Positions 1-4,234 of a DNA stretch of 4,234 nucleotides are shown here, in pieces (position 1 is the stretch's first letter; each line of letters starts with the position of its first letter). The notes below the pieces were generated by a model, which saw nothing but the letters and a program-made list of their open reading frames with translations, searched no databases and was not told the DNA's origin. The position numbers and the translations under genes were made by a program. Source of the DNA: a plasmid; NCBI RefSeq assembly GCF_056746865.1, contig NZ_JBWKMP010000009.1; one strand, 5' to 3'.

Positions 1-50
1 GCACACAATCGAAACGAAGTGAAGATTGTATAAGTGCGCACTTCGTGATG
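1..50. other. oriT: Putative MOBQ-type origin of transfer (oriT): nic-like core TAAGTGCGC at 31-39 inside a perfect 12-bp palindrome AAGTGCGCACTT (32-43), flanked by short inverted repeats
   Basis: Seen in sequence: TAAGTGCGC at 31-39 matches the nic-region core I recall for RSF1010/R1162 oriT (GTAAGTGCGCCCT). Inverted repeats at 14-21/39-46 (ACGAAGTG/CACTTCGT) and 5-10/24-29 (ACAATC/GATTGT). Position fits a divergent mobA-oriT-mobC arrangement if the window is circular. Recognition is from memory; no alignment was run. Confidence 0.45.
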
Positions 51-73
51 TGCCGTGCATTATGCCAGCTCAG

Positions 74-132
74 TTTTTAAACTACCAGTGACGCGATAAA
101 ATGCGATTTTTCATCGCGTACGGAGTTACATC
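74..132 (+). promoter_or_regulatory. Putative mobC promoter and operator region: -35-like TTTAAA (76-81), -10-like TAAAAT (97-102), CGCGAT/GCGAT/ATCGCG repeat set (92-118), SD GGAG (122-125)
   Basis: Seen in sequence: sigma70-like hexamers with a short 15-bp spacer. A small hairpin GCGAT-TTTTC-ATCGC (103-117) lies between the -10 and the SD, and CGCGAT (92-97) pairs with ATCGCG (113-118). GGAG sits 7 nt before the ATG at 133. Promoter assignment is inference only. Confidence 0.3.
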
Positions 133-408
133 ATGAGCAGAACGCTCGAACAGAAGATTGCCGAAGCTGAGGCCAGATTACAGCGCCTGAAGGCGAAGAG
201 CCGGAGCCTGGACACTGCGCAAAAAGTCATTGTGGGAGCAGCCATGCTGGCGAGGGTACGGAGGCCGGAAGAGGCGCAACTGCGTGCGTTCCTGCTCCAG
301 TTCCTGCGAAAGGAAGTCACAAGACAGGCCGATGTGAACCGGCTACAACCACTGATTAACGAGCTGGAGAAGCTACCAAGACCACCTGCGAAACCGCAGA
401 ACGGATAA
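133..408 (+). CDS. mobC: MobC/TraD-family relaxosome accessory protein, 91 aa (MOBQ mobilization accessory protein)
   Basis: ORF with an SD. The N-terminal coiled-coil-like segment (EQKIAEAEARLQRLKAK) and central motif QKVIVGAAMLARV resemble RSF1010 MobC (about 94 aa; recalled motif RKVLVGAMILAKV). Small size and apparent divergent placement relative to mobA across oriT fit. Homology is recalled, not searched. Confidence 0.75.
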   Translation: MSRTLEQKIAEAEARLQRLKAKSRSLDTAQKVIVGAAMLARVRRPEEAQLRAFLLQFLRKEVTRQADVNRLQPLINELEKLPRPPAKPQNG

Positions 409-574
409 GCCCCGGCGCGTAAGTGCCACATGCACCACCGGACGCCTTTGCGCTTCCTCGCACATTCGCTCGCTACGCTCGGTCATGAGGCTGCGGCGAG
501 CGCTACCACCGCAATCACGAGGAAACCAGCGCCATTGCTGGGCGGAACCGGAAAAACCGCAGGAACGCCAACAG

Positions 575-620
575 CTCAAAAAAGCGCCGAAAAGGCGCTG
601 TTATCTGATAAGGCTATTTG
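575..620 (-). other. ori: ColE2-type origin of vegetative replication (Rep binding and primer synthesis site), abutting and overlapping the rep stop codon
   Basis: The minus strand reads AAATAGCCTTATCAGATAACAGCGCCTTTTCGGCGCTTTTTTGAG. The block AGCCTTATCAGATAACAGCGCC (plus coordinates 594-615) matches what I recall of the ColE2-P9 minimal origin, and ColE2 ori is known to lie immediately 3' of rep. Recalled, not aligned. Confidence 0.6.
577..599 (-). terminator. Hairpin AGCGCC-GAAAA-GGCGCT followed on the minus strand by T6; probable intrinsic terminator for rep, embedded in the ori
   Basis: Seen in sequence: 6-bp GC-rich stem (583-588/594-599) with a 5-nt loop. On the minus strand it is followed directly by TTTTTTGAG. 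It lies 15 nt downstream of the rep stop codon. Confidence 0.45.
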
Positions 621-1522
621 TGCATTGCCCAATTACGGATCGTATTTCGATGTACATCCAGCATCGCCGCAATAGCTTTCTGAGAATATCCATTCTCCAG
701 CATACATAGCGCCATGAAACGCTTGTCCTCGTAGGCTTCGCCTTTAGCAAGGCCACCTTTCCGGCCTCGAGCGGCCTGTACAGCGGAAAAGCCTTCCGGT
801 GAGAATTTTCTGTGCGTGTATTTCGCAATGCTCTTGCCAATAGCCCGGCATTCAGCCAGTGAAAGAGGAACGGGAAGCGATGCGTTGTACATTTCGACAC
901 GCTGGATCACGGCATCAAGCCACTGTGAGAATGCTGGCCATCCCTGACGAATCGCTCTGTAAGCCCATTTACGCGTTATTTCGAACAGGTGGCAGTTTCG
1001 CCCCAGCCCGTAATGTTTATCGACGCTACGACGCTCTGAGGCGCTCAAATCGAGATAATCAGCCAGTTCATCGAGGGTATAGGCTTCCTCGCGCCACTCC
1101 ATCACCTGCCATTCCAGGTGGAACGGATTTTTGCAAATCAGTCCGCTGTAGTTCACATCTGCGTCAAGTTTCTCACACAGCGCACGTTCAATTGCAGCGG
1201 CGTATTTCAGCACCTTAACCGACGCATCAGGCGCGGTTCTCACGGCAAGATTGAGCGCGTATAGCAGGTGAGCGTGCCCATTCACGGGATTTTTTACGGT
1301 GATGTTCGGCGCGGGGGCGTTCCGGTCGCTCCAGTCAATCGCAGCCCCCTCGCGGTCAACGTCAAAAACCAGCCAGTGTTGCGCATGTGGCTGGTTCTGC
1401 TGAATGTACCGCGCAAGAAGCGCACGCCCTTTGCCGGAGATGCGAAGGCCGAAAGCGGGATCATCCGTGTGATAGGGACGGTGAGGTAAATTTTCTTCGA
1501 AGTATTGAAGCGCGGCGCTCAT
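614..1522 (-). CDS. rep: ColE2-type plasmid replication initiator Rep, 302 aa (plasmid-specified primase with C-terminal HTH DNA-binding region)
   Basis: A 302-aa ORF matching the size of ColE2-family Rep (about 35 kDa). The C-terminal stretch SQKAIAAMLDVHRNTIRNW is HTH-like. The conserved ColE2 ori block sits immediately downstream. SD GGAAGGA lies about 9 nt upstream of the ATG. Overall similarity to ColE2/ColE3 Rep is from memory. Confidence 0.9.
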   Translation of the reverse strand: MSAALQYFEENLPHRPYHTDDPAFGLRISGKGRALLARYIQQNQPHAQHWLVFDVDREGAAIDWSDRNAPAPNITVKNPVNGHAHLLYALNLAVRTAPDASVKVLKYAAAIERALCEKLDADVNYSGLICKNPFHLEWQVMEWREEAYTLDELADYLDLSASERRSVDKHYGLGRNCHLFEITRKWAYRAIRQGWPAFSQWLDAVIQRVEMYNASLPVPLSLAECRAIGKSIAKYTHRKFSPEGFSAVQAARGRKGGLAKGEAYEDKRFMALCMLENGYSQKAIAAMLDVHRNTIRNWAMHK

Positions 1523-1529
1523 GTGTTAC

Positions 1530-1618
1530 GATTCCTTCCAGGTTATCGACCGACATCGCCCCTGTATCTTCGTGAAAGTCTTGGCGGATCTACACGAATT
1601 TCAGGGGCGTTTGTTTTT
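1530..1618 (+). ncRNA. Predicted antisense copy-control RNA (ColE2 RNAI-like) complementary to the rep mRNA leader; the 5' end is uncertain
   Basis: Established: ColE2 Rep synthesis is controlled by an antisense RNA (about 115 nt) complementary to the rep leader. Seen: a + strand intrinsic terminator (1557-1618) in the right position and orientation. Candidate -35 TTGAAG (1505-1510) and -10 TACGAT (1527-1532) are weak. The boundaries are inference. Confidence 0.4.
1557..1618 (+). terminator. Long imperfect stem-loop followed by TTTGTTTTT on the + strand; probable RNAI terminator and major antisense stem-loop
   Basis: Seen in sequence: outer stem CGCCCCTG (1557-1564) pairs with CAGGGGCG (1602-1609); inner stem TTCGTG (1569-1574) pairs with CACGAA (1593-1598). 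A U-rich tract follows on the + strand at 1610-1618; the minus-strand side has no U-tract. Confidence 0.45.
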
Positions 1619-1677
1619 CAGTCGCTTACACTACACCCAACGGCAAATCCTGTCGATCCTTCCCGAAAAACCGATCC

Positions 1678-1705
1678 ATTTACCATAACTCCTGTTGTAC
1701 GTACC
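1678..1705 (-). other. XerC/XerD site-specific recombination core (cer/psi-like multimer resolution site): GGTACGTACAA-CAGGAG-TTATGGTAAAT
   Basis: The minus strand reads GGTACGTACAA (XerC arm, 10 of 11 vs cer GGTGCGTACAA), CAGGAG (6-bp central region), TTATGGTAAAT (XerD arm, 11 of 11 vs cer). Reference sites dif, cer and psi are recalled from memory. Confidence 0.75.
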
Positions 1706-1804
1706 CCTTAAAACGCTCTCAGACGCGTTCTGACGCAAAAAACACAAAAAGACAAGAAAACACCAGGCCAAACCAGAAAAACGCGTCAGAATCGTTTTCA
1801 GGGG

Positions 1805-1822
1805 TCTGCATAACTATTCACG
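1805..1822. promoter_or_regulatory. ARG-box-like element (TCTGCATAACTATTCACG); candidate ArgR accessory site of the cer-like resolution site
   Basis: Seen: half-sites TGCAT and ATTCA separated by 4 bp, resembling the ARG box consensus (TGAAT-4 bp-ATTCA). It is centred about 120 bp from the XerCD core on the XerC-arm side, where cer-type accessory sequences lie. Assignment is tentative. Confidence 0.3.
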
Positions 1823-1897
1823 AAAGCGATGCGCGATCGGTTTCGACCGTTCAGAAGCGCGAACGGGTCAAAACGGCAAACTTTCTCATCCAGAAAA

Positions 1898-1938
1898 CGC
1901 CTCACGGGACGCGGAATTTTTTCGTGTCCCGTGAGACG
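1898..1938 (-). terminator. Probable intrinsic terminator downstream of mobA (about 13-bp stem, 9-nt loop, then UUUUCUGG on the minus strand)
   Basis: Seen: CTCACGGGAC (1901-1910) pairs perfectly with GTCCCGTGAG (1926-1935), with extra flanking pairs. On the minus strand the hairpin is followed by TTTTCTGG (plus coordinates 1890-1897). It lies about 30 nt after the mobA stop at 1969-1971. Confidence 0.45.
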
Positions 1939-1968
1939 TTGGCGGGGTTCGGGGTGCAGCCCCGGATA

Positions 1969-4188
1969 TCACATACTCATGCCCCGGTAATGTCCGGGGC
2001 GTCGTTGTTGTTGCCTGTGCTGTTCGTCCCGCTTCCATTCATGCCAGGTCTGATTAAATCCGAGTTGACGGAAGAGATAATCCGGCATCTCTTCCGGTTT
2101 GTGGACAGCAGCCAAAAGCCTGTCATGATGGCCTTTGAGCCGGAACTGCATCAGGTGCGGTTCCGGTGGGTACGGAGTATCCGCATCATGGTTTATAGCT
2201 TCTCCGTAACCTGCCAGGCATACCCCGTTCTCCGTGATGGTGCTGACTATCAGATGACTGTAATCCGGCGACGGAAGCGCAAGAACGGGACGCAGCCCGT
2301 CCTCCTGACGCACAAATCCGACAAGCACTTCCTCCGGCCCTTTGCACAACAGCAGATTCAGCGTCCTGCTGTTTCGCTCTGTCGAAAATACAACGGGCAT
2401 GAGTTGCTCCGGTGCCGCATAAGCGGTGACGTCCACCCGGTGCGCAGACGGCAGCGGAGAGGCTACGGGCCTGCGGTCGTCGCTGAAATAAAAATTATCC
2501 GGCCAGTGATGCGGCAGCGCCGGAAAACCGTAAGAGGGCCACCCCTGGCGCATCTGTTCCAGTACATGCCGGACCGTCGCACCGGAATACATTCTCACAC
2601 GCTCAGGCCGCGCCATCGTCTCATGAGATTCTGGCATTCCCTCACGTATATCCGAGACCATCACAGCCCCGCCTGGCGACAGGTAAACATTCACCGGGTC
2701 ATGAACACTCTGGGGGTAATGCGCCAGCTCATCACCCCATACCGTGAATTCTCCGGCTCTGTTACTCAGCATCATGTAGCGGGTTATCCTGCCCGTTCCC
2801 GGCTCTCTGGCACGCCCCAGCCCCGTAATAACCCCGGCTAATGCCGTTTCACGGCTCAGGCGATGGTTATCATGGTGTTTCAGCCGTGCGTCATATTCCT
2901 GTTCCTTCCGGCGCGCTTCCGCTTCGGCTTCCTCCCTGCGCCGCTCCGCTTCCCGTGCTGACAGTTTTTCTTTCAGCTCTGCCATTCCCGGCGAAATCCA
3001 CGTATTCCACTGCGTTTCAAAGGCCTGACGACGGGCGGGAATGTCCCGTTCTTTCACGGCCCTGTAGGTGCGGCGAAGAGATTCAATCTGTTTCTCGAGT
3101 TTCCAGAAGCGGAGTTGTCTTTTGCGGTATTCCGGTTCAGCCCATGTCATCAGGGGAAGCTCTGACAGGATGGACGCTACCGGACGGGCTTTTCTGAGTC
3201 CGGTCATCTCTTTTTCGAGAATATCCCGCTCTTTCACCAGCGCATTCCCCTCACGTTTGATGTCGTTTGCCTTCCCGTTCATCGCCACGAACTCCGGTGT
3301 CATCTCCCATGCGTTCCCGCATTCCTGCGGCAGTGTGGCAATGAATTCCCGCAGGGTATCCGCTGAGGCATTCGCGGCGGGAATGGTCAGATTAAGGGCT
3401 TCCGCTGCACGACGTGCGGCATCGCTGAGTTCCCGTTTCCGCACGTTCTCCTGTACCTGGATGACTGCCAGCCTTGTGCGGGAAACCTGTATTTCCAGGT
3501 TAAGGCTGTTAATCAGGCGGTTCTGCTCACCGCGTTCTGTTTCCATGCCCCGTTTTTCCATCGCACAGGCAGCCTTTCCGAGGTGAAGGCCCGGCGCTTT
3601 CTCCAGTCCCTGACGCTCGTATGAACGATGGTCTATCTCTTCCTGGTAGCCGGCGTTCGCAAGCGCTCTGTTCGCATGGTCAGCCCATGATGCGCGCCAC
3701 GTCTCGGCGAGTGCCCGGTCGTTCCAGTCCCTGACCTTTCCTGCGAATCCCGTTTCCCCGACAGCTCTCGTGGTCAGCATGATGTGTGCATGGGGGTTGG
3801 TCCGGTCCATATGATGGAACGCCACATCGGCAATCATGCCCCGACTGACAAAGTTTTCCCGGACAAAAGCGAGAACGGCCTCCCGTGCGGCCTCGCGGGA
3901 AATCTCACGGGGAATGGCGAGTTCAATCTCCCTTGCCAGCTGGGAGTTCCGGCGCTGTTCGGCTTTCTCGACCGCATTCCAGAGAACGGAACGGTCACCA
4001 CACCAGGACGGTGCATTCACAGGGGTGAGAATGACCGCATCATCAACGCCGCGTTTACGGGTGTAATCGTGGGTTAATCCGGTACGGTCATCGGGTATGA
4101 CAGAGCCGGAACGGTAGGCAGCAGAAGCAACGGCACTGTAGCCGTTTTTTCGCGAAATGATTTTCATGCTGAGATGATAAATCGCCAT
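1969..4188 (-). CDS. mobA: MOBQ-family relaxase MobA (MobA/MobL-type), 739 aa: N-terminal relaxase domain, charged coiled-coil linker, about 295-aa C-terminal domain of unknown function
   Basis: The N-terminus MAIYHLSMKIISRKNGYSAVASAAYRSG closely resembles RSF1010 MobA (MAIYHLTAKTGSRSGG...), with the catalytic Tyr at residue 25 (codon 4114-4116). His-rich metal-binding motif HHMDRTNPHAHIM is at residues 125-137 (about 3778-3816). The charged linker spans residues about 405-440. The C-terminal domain (about 1972-2856) was not recognized. Confidence 0.9.
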   Translation of the reverse strand: MAIYHLSMKIISRKNGYSAVASAAYRSGSVIPDDRTGLTHDYTRKRGVDDAVILTPVNAPSWCGDRSVLWNAVEKAEQRRNSQLAREIELAIPREISREAAREAVLAFVRENFVSRGMIADVAFHHMDRTNPHAHIMLTTRAVGETGFAGKVRDWNDRALAETWRASWADHANRALANAGYQEEIDHRSYERQGLEKAPGLHLGKAACAMEKRGMETERGEQNRLINSLNLEIQVSRTRLAVIQVQENVRKRELSDAARRAAEALNLTIPAANASADTLREFIATLPQECGNAWEMTPEFVAMNGKANDIKREGNALVKERDILEKEMTGLRKARPVASILSELPLMTWAEPEYRKRQLRFWKLEKQIESLRRTYRAVKERDIPARRQAFETQWNTWISPGMAELKEKLSAREAERRREEAEAEARRKEQEYDARLKHHDNHRLSRETALAGVITGLGRAREPGTGRITRYMMLSNRAGEFTVWGDELAHYPQSVHDPVNVYLSPGGAVMVSDIREGMPESHETMARPERVRMYSGATVRHVLEQMRQGWPSYGFPALPHHWPDNFYFSDDRRPVASPLPSAHRVDVTAYAAPEQLMPVVFSTERNSRTLNLLLCKGPEEVLVGFVRQEDGLRPVLALPSPDYSHLIVSTITENGVCLAGYGEAINHDADTPYPPEPHLMQFRLKGHHDRLLAAVHKPEEMPDYLFRQLGFNQTWHEWKRDEQHRQQQRRPGHYRGMSM

Positions 4189-4234
4189 TTCTGCCGTAAT
4201 GCCTTTTTGCCGTTTTCTTTTAGCGTCGCAGACC

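Noticed and set aside
373-709. Three overlapping ORFs across the mobC-ori spacer (373-579 -, 430-675 +, 485-709 +)
   Set aside because: They overlap each other, the ColE2 ori and the rep 3' end. None has an SD, one starts at a non-ATG codon (TTG), and the translations are low-complexity. The region is better explained as non-coding origin-flanking sequence.
859-1489. + strand ORFs (859-1218 of 119 aa; 1268-1489 of 73 aa; 1387-1575 of 62 aa) antisense to rep
   Set aside because: Embedded antisense within the confidently assigned rep CDS, with no SD or protein-like features. The 1387-1575 frame runs into the region where the antisense RNA promoter is proposed, but there is no evidence that it is translated.
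1505-1711. 68-aa + strand ORF spanning the rep start codon and leader
   Set aside because: It overlaps the rep ribosome-binding site and the predicted antisense RNA with its terminator hairpin. The antisense RNA in ColE2-type systems is non-coding, so this is more likely a chance open frame.
1829-1990. Possible 53-aa + strand small ORF (ATG at 1829) running through the mobA terminator hairpin into the mobA 3' end
   Set aside because: No SD, Arg-rich arbitrary translation, and it traverses a strong hairpin and the ARG-box region. Judged spurious.
1924-2841. 305-aa ORF on the + strand, antisense to the mobA C-terminal region
   Set aside because: It lies entirely within and antisense to the well-supported mobA CDS. 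Its composition is Arg/His/Pro-rich and low-complexity, typical of an antisense frame in GC-rich coding DNA, and it has no SD. Most likely a spurious open frame.
2869-2976. Repetitive CGCTTCC/GCTTCGGCTTCC-type sequence inside mobA, considered as a tandem repeat or iteron array
   Set aside because: The repetition is the nucleotide image of the Arg/Glu/Ala-rich coiled-coil linker of MobA (REAERRREEAEAEARR) in the coding frame, not an independent DNA repeat element.
3068-3586. 172-aa + strand ORF and neighbouring + strand ORFs (2841-3197, 3784-4077, 3836-4066) antisense to mobA
   Set aside because: Ser/Arg-rich translations with no recognisable motifs, fully embedded antisense in the relaxase gene. 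Regarded as frame artefacts.
3834-4016. 60-aa same-strand (-) ORF overlapping the mobA N-terminal region, considered as a mobB-like overlapping gene
   Set aside because: RSF1010 mobB overlaps mobA further 3' and is larger. This frame is Pro/Arg/Gly/Ser-rich with no hydrophobic or structured character, and it overlaps the conserved relaxase catalytic region. No support for a real gene.
1-4234. Searched for CRISPR arrays, IS or transposon ends, integrase genes, tRNA or rRNA genes, toxin-antitoxin pairs and antibiotic resistance genes
   Set aside because: No regularly spaced direct repeats, no long terminal inverted repeats, no transposase- or integrase-like ORF, and no cloverleaf-capable tRNA-like segment were seen. 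The coding capacity is fully accounted for by rep, mobA and mobC.

Overview
The window reads as the backbone of a small cryptic mobilizable ColE2-type plasmid with no cargo genes, and I found no clear sign of a novel system. All family assignments below are from reading the ORF translations and motifs by eye; no database search was run. Layout, left to right: a candidate MOBQ-type oriT at the left edge (about 1-50); a MobC/TraD-like relaxosome accessory gene (133-408, +); a GC-rich 165-bp non-coding spacer; a ColE2-type origin abutting the rep stop codon (about 575-620); the Rep primase-initiator gene (614-1522, -); the rep leader with a predicted + strand antisense RNA (RNAI-like) ending in an intrinsic terminator (1557-1618); a cer/psi-like XerCD site (core 1678-1705, - orientation) with an ARG-box-like element near 1805-1822; a terminator hairpin (1898-1938); and a 739-aa MobA relaxase (1969-4188, -). 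The mobA start lies 46 bp from the right edge and the oriT-like motif at the left edge, so the window is probably a complete or nearly complete circular replicon opened between mobA and oriT; this is an inference. No rRNA, tRNA, CRISPR, IS element or resistance gene is evident. Features worth follow-up are the nic-like motif sitting inside a perfect 12-bp palindrome, the XerCD site with a 6-bp central region directly upstream of rep, the roughly 295-aa MobA C-terminal extension of unknown function, and the unexplained GC-rich spacer.
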